In this document: piece after piece, positions 12,372-25,358 of the stretch
How the letters are laid out: each line of letters opens with the position of its first letter
Numbering within the stretch: the stretch's first letter is position 1
From: Eledone cirrhosa
Lineage: Eukaryota
Direction of reading: 5' to 3'
Assembly: GCA_964016885.1 (NCBI GenBank)
Contig: OZ024740.1
Location: forward strand, 229,214,001 to 229,278,000
DNA: 64,000 nt
Position numbers and translations under genes: made by a program
The notes under the pieces: generated by a model
The model's input: only the letters and a program-made list of their open reading frames with translations
What the model was told of the DNA's origin: nothing
Databases searched by the model: none

Positions 12372-12445
12372 GGGCGCTTTAGTGCAATGGTTACCGCAGT
12401 CGTCCGGTCTACGGTAGATATGTTGTTCGATTCCCACTGGTGTCT
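12372..12445 (+). pseudogene. Degenerate tRNA-like sequence, with a partial inverted copy at ~12281-12314
   Basis: tagtgcaatggtt A-box and gttcgattccc B-box; stems imperfect. Confidence 0.45.
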
Positions 12446-12456
12446 CTGGCCAACCA

Positions 12457-12815
12457 TCATCATCATCATGTTCCCGCAACTGGTACAGCCAATCGTTGGG
12501 GGGTACCACTCTAAACGTTTTTGCAGTCAGTCGTCACCACTGGTCTCTATTCTCCGTCATGCGTAGAAGGTCTCGGTGTTGTGACCAGTCCAGTCTTTGA
12601 TGTTGTCGGACCAGGATTTTCTTCTGCCCCTTCTTCGCCCTCCCATCAACTGTGCCCTGATGAGAAGTCTTGGACTAGTTATGTGGCGGGAGGTATGACC
12701 ACACCCGACAAGCTTACGTCTTTTCATTATCGCAAGGAGTGGTTCCTGTCTGCCAACATATTTGTTAATTTGGTGCCTGACAAAGCTGTTCGTTTTGTGC
12801 TCCGTGTATGGGATG
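12457..12815 (-). mobile_element. RTE-type LINE 3' end with (ATG)n tail
   Basis: ...LLHIPYTEHKTNSFVRHQI...MKRRKL..GHTSRH...GGRRRGRRKSWSDNIKDWTG; catcatcat tail at ~12456-12470. Confidence 0.85.
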
Positions 12816-15800
12816 TGTAGCAACCTTCTGAAGTACTTGTGCTCCGTGTATGGGATGTGTAGCAACCTTCTGAAGCACTTGTACTCTGTGTATGGGATGT
12901 GTAGCAACCTTCTGAAGTACTTGTACTCTGTGTATGGGATGTGTAGCAACCTTCTGAAGCACTTGTACTCTGTGTATGGGATGTGTAGCAACCTTCTGAA
13001 GCACTTGTGCTCTGTGTATGGGATGTGTAGCAACCTTCTGAAGCACTTGTACTCTGTGTATGGGATGTGTAGCAACCTTCTGAAGCACGTGTGCTCTGTG
13101 TATGGGATGTGTAGCAACCTTCTGAAGCACTTGTGCTCTGTGTATAGGATGTGTAGCAACCTTCTGAAGCACTTGTGCTCTGTGTATGGGATGTGTAGCA
13201 ACCTTCTGAAGTACTTGTGCTCTGTGTATGGGATGTGTAGCAACCTTCTGAAGCACGTGTGCTCTGTGTATGGGATGTGTAGCAACCTTCTGAAGCACTT
13301 GTGCTCTGTGTATGGGATGTGTAGCAACCTTCTGAAGCACTTGTACTATGTGTATGGGATGTGTAGCAACCTTCTGAAGCACTTGTGCTGTGTATGGGAT
13401 GTGTAACTACCTTCTGAAGCACTTGTGCTCTGTGTATGGGATGTGTAGCAACCTTCTGAAGTACTTGTGCTCTGTGTATGGGATGTGTAGCAACCTTCTG
13501 AAGCACTTGTACTCTGTGTATGGGATGTGTAGCAACCTTCTGAAGCACGTGTGCTCTGTGTATGGGATGTGTAGCAACCTTCTGAAGCACTTGTGCTCTG
13601 TGTATGGGATGTGTAGCAACCTTCTGAAGTACTTGTACTCCGTGTATGGGATGTGTAGCAACCTTCTGAAGCACTTGTGCTCTGTGTATGGGATGTGTAG
13701 CAACCTTCTGAAGCACTTGTGCTCTGTGTATGGGATGTGTAGCAACCTTCTGAAGCATTTGAGCTCTGTGTATGGGATGTGTAGCAACCTTCTGAAGCAC
13801 TTGTGCTCTGTGTATGGGATGTGTAGCAACCTTCTGAAGTACTTGTGCTCTGTGTATGGGATGTGTAGCAACCTTCTGAAGTACTTGTGCTCTGTGTATG
13901 GGATGTGTAGCAACCTTCTGAAGCACTTGTGCTCTGTGTATGGGATGTGTAGCAACCTTCTGAAGTACTTGTGCTCTGTGTATGGGATGTGTAGCAACCT
14001 TCTGAAGCACTTGTGCTCTGTGTATGGGATGTGTAGCAACCTTCTGAAGCACTTGTGCTCTGTGTATGGAATGTGTAGCAACCTTCTGAAGCACTTGTAC
14101 TCTGTGTATGGGAGGTGTAGCAACCTTCAGAAGTACTTCTGCTCCGTGTATGGGATGTGTAGCAACCTTCTGAAGCACTTGTGCTCCGTGTATGGGATGT
14201 GTAGCAAACTTCTGAAGCACTTGTGCTCTGTGTATGGGATGTGTAGCAACCTTCTGAAGCACTTCTGCTCTGTGTATGGGATGTGTAGCAACCTTCTGAA
14301 GCACTTGTGCTCTGTGTATGGGATGTGTAGCAACCTTCTGAAGCACTTGTGCTCTGTGTATGGGATGTGTAGCAACCTTCTGAAGTACTTGTGCTCTGTG
14401 TATGGGATGTGTAGCAACCTTCTGAAGTACTTGTGTTGTGTATAGGATGTGTAGCAACCTTCTGAAGCACTTGTGCTCTGTGTATGGGATGTGTAGCAAC
14501 CTTCTGAAGCACTTGTGCTCCGTGTATGGGATGTGTAGCAACCTTCTAAAGCACTTGTGCTCTGTGTATGGGATGTGTAGCAACCTTCTGAAGTACATGT
14601 GCTCTGTGTATGGGATGTGTAGCAACCTTCTGAAGCACTTCTGCTCTGTGTATGGGATGTGTAGTAACCTTCTGAAGTACTTGTACTATGTGTATGGGAG
14701 GTGTAGCAACCTTCTGAAGCACTTGTGCTCCGTGTATGGGATGTGTAGCAACCTTCTGAAGCACTTGTGCTCCGTGTATGGGATGTGTAGCAAACTTCTG
14801 AAGCACTTGTGCTCTGTGTATGGGATGTGTAGCAACCTTCTGAAGCACTTCTGCTCTGTGTATGGGATGTGTAGCAACCTTCTGAAGCACTTGTGCTCTG
14901 TGTATGGGATGTGTAGCAACCTTCTGAAGCACTTGTGATCTGTGTATGGGAGGTGTAGCAACCTTCTGAAGCACTTGTGCTCTGTGTATGGGATGTGTAG
15001 CAACCTTCTGAAGCACTTCTGCTCTGTGTATGGGATGTGTAGTAACCTTCTGAAGCACTTGTGCTCTGTGTATGGATGTGTAGCAACCTTCTGAAGCATT
15101 TGTGCTCTGTGTATAGTAGGTGTAGCAACCTTCTGAAGCACTTGTGATCTGTGTATGGGATGTGTAGCAACCTTCTGAAGCACTTGTGCTCTGTGTATGG
15201 GATGTGTAGCAACCTTCTGAAGCACTTCTGCTCTGTGTATGGGATGTGTAGTAACCTTCTGAAGTACTTGTACTCCGTGTATGGGATGTGTAGCAACCTT
15301 CTGAAGCACTTGTGCTCCGTGTATGGGATGTGTAGCAACCTTCTGAAGCACTTGTGCTCCGTGTATGGGATGTGTAGCAACCTTCTGAAGTACGTGTGCT
15401 CTGTGTATGGGATGTGTAGCAACCTTCTGAAGTACTTGTGCTGTGTATAGGATGTGTAGCAACCTTCTGAAGCACTTCTGCTCTGTGTATGGGATTTGTA
15501 GCAACCTTCTGAAGCACTTCTGCTCTGTGTATGGGATGTGTAGCAACCTTCTGAAGCACTTCTGCTCTGTGTATGGGATGTGTAGCAACCTTCTGAAGCA
15601 CTTGTGCTCTGTGTATGGGATGTGTAGCAACCTTCTGAAGCACTTGTGCTCTGTGTATGGGATGTGTAGCAACCTTCTGAAGTACTTGTGCTCTGTGTAT
15701 GGGATGTGTAGCAACCTTCTGAAGTACTTGTGCTGTGTATAGGATGTGTAGCAACCTTCTGAAGCACTTGTGCTCTGTGTATGGGATTTGTAGCAACCTT

Positions 15801-17576
15801 CTGAAGCACTTCTGCTCTGTGTATGGGATGTGTAGCAACCTTCTGAAGCACTTCTGCTCTGTGTATGGGATGTGTAGCAACCTTCTGAAGCACTTGTGCT
15901 CTGTGTATGGGATGTGTAGCAACCTTCTGAAGCACTTGTGCTCTGTGTATGGGATGTGTAGCAACCTTCTGAAGCACTTGTGCTCTGTGTATGGGATGTG
16001 TAGCAACCTTCTGAAGTACTTGTGTTGTGTATAGGATGTGTAGCAACCTTCTGAAGCACTTGTGCTCTGTGTATGGGATGTGTAGCAACCTTCTGAAGTA
16101 CTTGTGCTCTGTGTATGGGATGTGTAGCAACCTTCTGAAGTACTTGTGTTGTGTATAGGATGTGTAGCAACCTTCTGAAGCACTTGTGCTCTGTGTATGG
16201 GATGTGTAGCAACCTTCTGAAGCACTTGTGCTCCGTGTATGGGATGTGTAGCAACCTTCTAAAGCACTTGTGCTCTGTGTATGGGATGTGTAGCAACCTT
16301 CTGAAGTACATGTGCTCTGTGTATGGGATGTGTAGCAACCTTCTGAAGCACTTCTGCTCTGTGTATGGGATGTGTAGTAACCTTCTGAAGTACTTGTACT
16401 ATGTGTATGGGAGGTGTAGCAACCTTCTGAAGCACTTGTGCTCTGTGTATGGGATGTGTAGCAACCTTCTGAAGCACTTGTGCTCTGTGTATGGGATGTG
16501 TAGCAACCTTCTGAAGTACTTGTGCTCTGTGTATGGGATGTGTAGCAACCTTCTGAAGCACTTCTGCTCTGTGTATGGGATGTGTAGTAACCTTCTGAAG
16601 TACTTGTACTCCGTGTATGGGATGTGTAGCAACCTTCTGAAGCACTTGTGCTCTGTGTATGGGATGTGTAGCAACCTTCTGAAGTACATGTGCTCTGTGT
16701 ATGGGATGTGTAGCAACCTTCTGAAGCACTTCTGCTCTGTGTATGGGATGTGTAGTAACCTTCTGAAGTACTTGTACTCCGTGTATGGGATGTATAGCAA
16801 CCTTCTGAAGCACTTGTGCTCTGTGTATGGGATGTGTAGCAACCTTCTGAAGTACTTGTACTCCGTGTATGGGATGTGTAGCAACCTTCTGAAGCACTTG
16901 TGCTCTGTGTATGGGATGTGTAGCAACCTTCTGAAGCACTTCTGCTCTGTGTATGGGATGTGTAGTAACCTTCTGAAGTACTTGTACTCCGTGTATGGGA
17001 TGTGTAGCAACCTTCTGAAGCACTTGTGCTCCGTGTATGGGATGTGTAGCAACCTTCTGAAGCACTTGTGCTCTGTGTATGGGATGTGTAGCAACCTTCT
17101 GAAGCACTTGTGCTCTGTGTATGGGATGTGTAGCAACCTTCTGAAGCACTTCTGCTCTGTGTATGGGATGTGTAGTAACCTTCTGAAGTACTTGTACTCC
17201 GTGTATGGGATGTGTAGCAACCTTCTGAAGTACTTGTGCTGTGTATGGGATGTGTAGCAACCTTCTGAAGCACTTGTGCTCTGTGTATGGGATGTGTAGC
17301 AACCTTCTGAAGTACTTGTACTCCGTGTATGGGATGTGTAGCAACCTTCTAAAGCACTTGTGCTCCGTGTATGGGATGTGTAGCAACCTTCTGAAGCACT
17401 TGTGCTCTGTGTATGGGATGTGTAGCAACCTTCTGAAGCACTTGTGCTCTGTGTATGGGATGTGTAGCAACCTTCTGAAGCACTTGTACTCTGTGTATGG
17501 GATGTGTAGCAACCTTCTGAAGTACTTGTGCTCTGTGTATGGGATGTGTAGCAACCTTCTGAAGTACTTGTGCTCC
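12796..17576. repeat. 42-bp minisatellite, ~113 copies, derived from LINE ORF2
   Basis: Unit tgtgctctgtgtatgggatgtgtagcaaccttctgaagcact; the minus strand encodes EHKCFRRLLHIPYT, contiguous with the LINE at 12457-12815. Confidence 0.95.
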
Positions 17577-17765
17577 AATGACTGACCAACTTTACCCATC
17601 TCCAGTTAATATATGAATCAAGACAGCTTTCCACAGCAAAAACTAATACATTTTTAATTTTTAAAATCTTCTCAAAAAAACATAAAGAAACCTTAATAAA
17701 ACTAAGTAACACACTAGTGTGTGGTTTGGCTGCTATTTCTAGCAAGTATCTCCGCTGTCCTTTGT

Positions 17766-17766
17766 A

Positions 17767-17823
<57 letters not shown>

Positions 17824-17858
17824 CAATAGTAGTAGTAGTAGTAATAATGGTGGTAGCG

Positions 17859-17916
<58 letters not shown>

Positions 17917-17994
17917 CAATAGTAGTAGTAATAGTGGTGGTAGCGGTAGTAGCAGTAGTAGTTGTGGTGGTGGTGGTGGTGGCAGCACCAGCAC

Positions 17995-18067
<73 letters not shown>

Positions 18068-18194
18068 CGCAGTAGTAGAAGTAGTAGTAGTAGTAGTAGT
18101 AGTAATAGTAGTAGTAGTAGTAGTAGCAATAGTAGTAGTAGTAATAGTGGTGGTAGCGGTAGTAGTAGTAGTAGTAGTGGTGGTGGTGGTGGCG

Positions 18195-18263
<69 letters not shown>
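17766..18263. repeat. Compound (AGT)n/(GGT)n/(AGC)n microsatellite
   Basis: Directly visible. Confidence 0.95.
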
Positions 18264-18529
18264 TGTTAATGAGTGCAGAAATATTCCGTCATGACATCTA
18301 ATGATTTAAATAACATACAATGTACAATACGTTGCTTTTATTAATCTAACAAAGGCCTTCGATTTTGTCAGTCACAGGTGGACTCTTAAAGCTACTACAG
18401 TGTGTGGGATGTTCATGAATTTTACATAACCAGCTCATTCCACGGTGGTATGAAAATCATCTTTGGATTTCACAATATGGTATGGCTTGATATGGTCCCA
18501 TAATTCCTGGTGGAGTCCTAGTGGTGCCG

Positions 18530-18880
18530 TATTGATATACTCTTAATGAGAGTGCAAAACCTATCCTGGAAACGACATCCCACCTTGTCTAAAATCTATG
18601 GCAAACTCCCTCGAGCCTCTGCCCTTCTAAAATCCCGGAGAGCTCAATTTGCTGGCCACTGTCACCGTGCCAGCAATGAAATCATATCCGCTCTCTTGCT
18701 CTGGAACCCTGACTCCAGCCTGACTAGGAGTAGGAAGCTGTCATTCCCTGACGTTATCTCTAGGGATACGGGAATCAGTAGACAGGACCTGGGGGCAGCG
18801 ATGGGGGACAGGGAATTCTGGGGCATGAGAGTGAGATCCATCATCTCGACAGTAGTCGACGAGTGATGATGATGATGATT
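18530..18880 (+). mobile_element. RTE-type LINE 3' fragment with (GAT)n tail, nested in an older RT remnant
   Basis: LMRVQNLSWKRHPT..IYGKLP...RRAQFAGHCHR. Older RT motifs lie on both sides: FINLTKAFD (~18335-18365) and GVKQGCVI (~19190-19215). Confidence 0.8.
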
Positions 18881-19367
18881 GATATACGGCATTTCCTTGG
18901 CCTTTTAAGCCTGGCGGAGCCATGCCTGAATACAGCAGATTTCTTCCAGAGAAGGATAGAAAGTAAGAGAGAGGAAGTGTAAAAGAGATAAAGAGGAAGA
19001 ATCGACCCCAAGTCTAGACTGGTACTTTTTTTATCGACCTCGAAAGGATGAAAGAGAAAGTTGACCTCTACGGGATTTAAACTCAAAGAGCAGATAGCCG
19101 GAACGAATACTGCATGGCATTCCACCCGACGTTCTAATGGTTCCGCTAATTCACCGCCTTAGATTTGACAGGTACACATCAACCCCCGGTGGAGTCAAGC
19201 AAGGGTGCGTGATTGCTCTGATTCTCTTTACGACTGATAAACGCCTTCCAGTCTCCCTCTGATAACGTGTGCATTCACAAACACCACATAACAGATAAAT
19301 TGTAAAGCTTAGACCATATGCATGCAAAATAATTGCTTGATTCAACATTTGCCACAAGGCCAGAAAT

Positions 19368-22300
19368 TTGAAGGAAAAGGGGAATTCCGTGAAGTATTTT
19401 GAAGAGAAAGGGAAATTCCGTGAAGTATTTTGAAGGGAAAAAGAAATTCCGTGAAGTATTTTGAAGGGAAAGGGAAATTCCCTGAAGTATTTTGAAGGGA
19501 AAAGGGAAATTCCCTGAAGTATTTTGAAGGGAAAGGGGAATTCCGTGAAGTATTTTGAAGGGAAAAGGGAATTCCGTGAAGTATTTTGAAGGGAAAGGGG
19601 AATTCCGTGAAGTATTTTGAAGGGAAAAGGGAATTCCGTGAAGTATTTTGAAGGGAAAGGGAAATTCCCTGAAGTATTTTGAAGAGAAAGGGAAATTCTG
19701 TGAAGTATTTTGAAGGGAAAGGGAAATTCCGTGAAGTATTTTGAAGGAAAAGGGAAAGGGAAATCCCGTGAAGTATTTTGAAGGGAAAGGGAAATCCCGT
19801 GAAGTATTTTGAAGGGAAAGGGAAATCCCGTGAAGTATTTTGAAGGGAAAGGGAAAGGGAAATCCCGTGAAGTATTTTGAAGGGAAAGGGAAATCCCGTG
19901 AAGTATTTTGAAGGGAAAGGGGAATTCCGTGAAGTATTTTGAAGGGAAAGGGAAAGGGAAATCCCGTGAAGTATTTTGAAGGGAAAGGGAAAGGGAAATC
20001 CCGTGAAGTATTTTGAAGGGAAAGGGAAAGGGAAATCCCGTGAAGTATTTTGAAGGGAAAGGGAAATCCCGTGAAGTATTTTGAAGGGAAAGGGAAATCC
20101 CGTGAAGTATTTTGAAGGGAAAGGGAAATTCCGTGAAGTATTTTGAAGGGAAAGGGAAAGGGAAATCCCGTGAAGTATTTTGAAGGGAAAGGGAAATCCC
20201 GTGAAGTATTTTGAAGGGAAAGGGAAATTCCGTGAAGTATTTTGAAGGGAAAGGGAAAGGGAAATTCCGTGAAGTATTTTGAAGGGAAAGGGAAAGGGAA
20301 AGCCCGTGAAGTATTTTGAAGGGAAAGGGGAATTCCGTGAAGTATTTTGAAGGGAAAGGGGAATTCCGTGAAGTATTTTGAAGGGAAAGGGGAATTCCGT
20401 GAAGTATTTTGAAGGGAAAGGGAAAGGGAAATTCCGTGAAGTATTTTGAAGGGAAAGGGGAATTCCGTGAAGTATTTTGAAGGGAAAGGGTAATCCCGTG
20501 AAGTATTTTGAAAGGAAAGGGAAAGGGAAAATCCGTGAAGTATTTTGAAGGGAAAGGGGAATTCCGTGAAGTATTTTGAAGGGAAAGGGGAATTCCGTGA
20601 AGTATTTTGAAGGGAAAGGGGAATTCCGTGAAGTATTTTGAAGGGAAAGGAGAATTCCGTGAAGTATTTTGAAGGGAAAGGGAAATTCCGTGAAGTATTT
20701 TGAAGGGAAAGGGAAATTCCGTGAAGTATTTTGAAGGGAAAGGGAAATCCCGTGAAGTATTTTGAAGGGAAAGGGAAATTCCGTGAAGTATTTTGAAGGG
20801 AAAGGGAAAGGGAAATCCCGTGAAGTATTTTGAAGGGAAAGGGAAATTCCGTGAAGTATTTTGAAGGGAAAGGGAAATCCCGTGAAGTATTTTGAAGGGA
20901 AAGGGAAATCCCGTGAAGTATTTTGAAGGGAAAGGGAAAGGGAAATCCCGTGAAGTATTTTGAAGGGAAAGGGAAATCCCGTGAAGTATTTTGAAGGGAA
21001 AGGGAAATCCCGTGAAGTATTTTGAAGGGAAAGGGAAAGGGAAATCCCGTGAAGTATTTTGAAGGGAAAGGGAAATCCCGTGAAGTATTTTGAAGGGAAA
21101 GGGAAATCCCGTGAAGTATTTTGAAGGGAAAGGGGAATTCCGTGAAGTATTTTGAAGGGAAAGGGAAATCCCGTGAAGTATTTTGAAGGGAAAGGGGAAT
21201 TCCGTGAAGTATTTTGAAGGGAAAGGGAAATCCCGTGAAGTATTTTGAAGGGAAAGGGAAATCCCGTGAAGTATTTTGAAGGGAAAGGGAAAGGGAAATC
21301 CCGTGAAGTATTTTGAAGGGAAAGGGAAATCCCGTGAAGTATTTTGAAGGGAAAGGGAAATCCCGTGAAGTATTTTGAAGGGAAAGGGAAATCCCGTGAA
21401 GTATTTTGAAGGGAAAGGGAAATCCCGTGAAGTATTTTGAAGGGAAAGGGAAAGGGAAATCCCGTGAAGTATTTTGAAGGGAAAGGGAAATCCCGTGAAG
21501 TATTTTGAAGGGAAAGGGAAAGGGAAATCCCGTGAAGTATTTTGAAGGGAAAGGGAAATCCCGTGAAGTATTTTGAAGGGAAAGGGAAAGGGAAATCCCG
21601 TGAAGTATTTTGAAGGGAAAGGGAAATCCCGTGAAGTATTTTGAAGGGAAAGGGAAATCCCGTGAAGTATTTTGAAGGGAAAGGGAAATCCCGTGAAGTA
21701 TTTTGAAGGGAAAGGGAAAGGGAAATCCCGTGAAGTATTTTGAAGGGAAAGGGAAATCCCGTGAAGTATTTTGAAGGGAAAGGGAAAGGGAAATCCCGTG
21801 AAGTATTTTGAAGGGAAAGGGAAATCCCGTGAAGTATTTTGAAGGGAAAGGGAAAGGGAAATCCCGTGAAGTATTTTGAAGGGAAAGGGAAATCCCGTGA
21901 AGTATTTTGAAGGGAAAGGGAAAGGGAAATCCCGTGAAGTATTTTGAAGGGAAAGGGAAATCCCGTGAAGTATTTTGAAGGGAAAGGGAAATCCCGTGAA
22001 GTATTTTGAAGGGAAAGGGAAATCCCGTGAAGTATTTTGAAGGGAAAGGGAAAGGGAAATCCCGTGAAGTATTTTGAAGGGAAAGGGAAATCCCGTGAAG
22101 TATTTTGAAGGGAAAGGGAAAGGGAAATCCCGTGAAGTATTTTGAAGGGAAAGGGAAATCCCGTGAAGTATTTTGAAGGGAAAGGGAAATCCCGTGAAGT
22201 ATTTTGAAGGGAAAGGGAAAGGGAAATCCCGTGAAGTATTTTGAAGGGAAAGGGAAATCCCGTGAAGTATTTTGAAGGGAAAGGGAAATCCCGTGAAGTA

Positions 22301-24010
22301 TTTTGAAGGGAAAGGGAAATCCCGTGAAGTATTTTGAAGGGAAAGGGGAATTCCGTGAAGTATTTTGAAGGGAAAGGGGAATTCCGTGAAGTATTTTGAA
22401 GGGAAAGGGGAATTCCGTGAAGTATTTTGAAGGGAAAGGGAAATCCCGTGAAGTATTTTGAAGGGAAAGGGGAATTCCGTGAAGTATTTTGAAGGGAAAG
22501 GGGAATTCCGTGAAGTATTTTGAAGGGAAAGGGGAATTCCGTGAAGTATTTTGAAGGGAAAGGGAAATCCCGTGAAGTATTTTGAAGGGAAAGGGGAATT
22601 CCGTGGAGTATTTTGAAGGGAAAGGGGAATTCCGTGAAGTATTTTGAAGGGAAAGGGGAATTCCGTGAAGTATTTTGAAGGGAAAGGGGAATTCCGTGAA
22701 GTATTTTGAAGGGAAAGGGAAAGGGAAATCCCGTGAAGTATTTTGAAGGGAAAGGGGAATTCCGTGAAGTATTTTGAAGGGAAAGGAGAATTCCGTGAAG
22801 TATTTTGAAGGGAAAGGGAAAGGGAAATCCCGTGAAGTATTTTGAAGGGAAAGGGAAATCCCGTGAAGTATTTTGAAGGGAAAGGGAAATCCCGTGAAGT
22901 ATTTTGAAGGGAAAGGGAATTCCGTGAAGTATTTTGAAGGGAAAGGGAAAGGGAAATCCCGTGAAGTATTTTGAAGGGAAAGGGGAATTCCGTGAAGTAT
23001 TTTGAAGGGAAAGGGGAATTCCGTGAAGTATTTTGAAGGGAAAGGGAAAGGGAAATCCCGTGAAGTATTTTGAAGGGAAAGGGGAATTCCGTGAAGTATT
23101 TTGAAGGGAAATGGAAATCCCGTGAAGTATTTTGAAGGGAAAGGGGAATTCCGTGGAGTATTTTGAAGGGAAAGGGGAATTCCGTGAAGTATTTTGAAGG
23201 GAAAGGGGAATTCCGTGAAGTATTTTGAAGGGAAAGGGGAATTCCGTGAAGTATTTTGAAGGGAAAGGGGAATTCCGTGGAGTATTTTGAAGGGAAAGGG
23301 GAATTCCGTGAAGTATTTTGAAGGGAAAGGGGAATTCCGTGAAGTATTTTGAAGGGAAATGGAAATCCCGTGAAGTATTTTGAAGGGAAAGGGGAATTCC
23401 GTGGAGTATTTTGAAGGGAAAGGGGAATTCCGTGAAGTATTTTGAAGGGAAAGGGAAAGGGAAATCCCGTGAAGTATTTTGAAGGGAAAAGGAAAGGGGA
23501 ATTCCGTGAAGTATTTTGAAGGGAAAGGGAAAGGGAAATCCCGTGAAGTATTTTGAAGGGAAAAGGAAAGGGAAATCCCGTGAAGTATTTTGAAGGGAAA
23601 GGGAAAGGGAAATCCCGTGAAGTATTTTGAAGGGAAAGGGAAAGGGGAATTCCGTGAAGTATTTTGAAGGGAAAGGGAAAGGGAAATCCCGTGAAGTATT
23701 TTGAAGGGAAAGGGGAATTCCGTGAAGTATTTTGAAGGGAAAGGGAAAGGGAAATCCCGTGAAGTATTTTGAAGGGAAAGGGGAATTCCGTGAAGTATTT
23801 TGAAGAGAAAGGGAAAGGGAAATCTCGTGAAGTATTTTGAAGGGAAAGGGAAAGGGAAATCCCGTGAAGTATTTTGAAGGGAAAGGGAAAGGGAAATCCC
23901 GTGAAGTATTTTGAAGGGAAAGGGAAAGGGAAATCCCGTGAAGTACTTTGAAGGGAAAAGGAAATTCCGAGAAATATTTTGAAGGGAAAGGGAATTCCGA
24001 GAAATATTTT
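19368..24010. repeat. 31/37-bp purine-rich minisatellite, ~140 copies
   Basis: Unit gaagggaaa(gggaaa)gggaaatcccgtgaagtatttt with an optional extra gggaaa. Confidence 0.95.
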
Positions 24011-24957
24011 GTCCGGCGCCTTAATGACTCTGCTAATCCGCCACACTACATAAGTCAACCGTATGTTTACACCTCTAGCTTCACATTTAAATCGTGTACA
24101 AAGACGATAATTGGCAGTCAGTGACCCTGTGGAGTAATGGTTAAAACACACACGACTTGCATACGAGAGATGTATGGCTCGTTTCCACAGAGGCCTCTCA
24201 ATCCACTTTTTACCGTTTCTAATGAGTAATTTACTCAATTTGTTCAACTATTATTTATAGTTATCTGCAGGATGACAGGCAAAGGTCAATTCTGCCTTCA
24301 TCCTTCTGGAGGTCGAAATAATAAAGTACCGTAAATTACTGTAGTCGTTCAAATCGACTTTCTTTTCCCCACCCCTACACATTGCTGGCCTTGTCCCTAA
24401 ATTACAAACCATTATAGTTATCTATCTACATTGAGCGACTATATAATCTAGCTGTCGTCTGTTCTACAAATCTAGCTGTCGTCTGTTCTACAAATCTAGC
24501 TGTCGTCTGTTCTACAGCGTAGATGTAATTCACTTCACGCAGAAGTTTTGTTCAAATTTATTGCGGAAATTTTGTAAGTTCAATTTTAATTTTGATACTA
24601 TTGTGTAGCTTGACCCCCCCCCCCCCTGAACTGTCAGGTGGTGGGTCAGCTCATCTTTACCCCTCCTAGGGGTGAAAAACCTGTTTTTAAAAATTTTGTG
24701 GCATAAAAAATTTCAATCGTCTGACAGAAATGTTAAACGAAGCTAACGAAAATAGTGGTGGGGGGACAGCGGTAAGAGTTGTAAGCTCGCACGCTTTAGT
24801 CCCCCCCCCTTCCTTCCCAACTAACGTCATAGAGAAGGAAAGAAAAAATAAAATAAAAACAGACGAATCTGCGGAGAAAAATGACGAAAACACAAATCTG
24901 GACATTGATTCCAACAACGAAAAAAAAAAATTTGAAAAATTGCATGACAATATTAAT

Positions 24958-25119
24958 TGTTTCTACTTTAGGTACAAGGCCAGCAATTACCCAGTGCATC
25001 ACTGGTGCTTTATTTTATCGACCCCGTAAGGATGAAAGGCAAAGTCAACCTCGCGGAGTCGATAAAATAAAGCACCAGTGATGCACTGGGTAATTGCTGG
25101 CCTTGTGCCTAAAGTATTG
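24958..25119. mobile_element. Fold-back SINE insertion in the 5' part of the LINE
   Basis: SINE 3' half on the minus strand, then an inverted copy of the same segment. 17-bp TSD tgcatgacaatattaat at 24941-24957 and 25120-25136. Confidence 0.85.
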
Positions 25120-25358
25120 TGCATGACAATATTAATACCACAAACAAAGACACGACAAACACAAAAATAACATTTGAAAACAACATCATAACAGAAAGCA
25201 AAGCAGACGACAAAGTCAACACCAATAATATTTAGTTTGCACAAACAACAAAGAAATCTTTGACATATATACCTGAAAATATTTCAGATGTGGCACAAAG
25301 AATTACAGACGCCAAACAATATATAACTGAAGGAGAAAATGGTATTTTATAGGTAAAA

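Noticed and set aside
12557-18129. Many long overlapping ORFs on both strands
   Set aside because: Products of the 42-bp array and the (AGT)n tract.
19151-24247. 1698-aa ORF
   Set aside because: Translation of a 31/37-bp satellite whose minus strand lacks stops; it cycles through three frames and has no domain.
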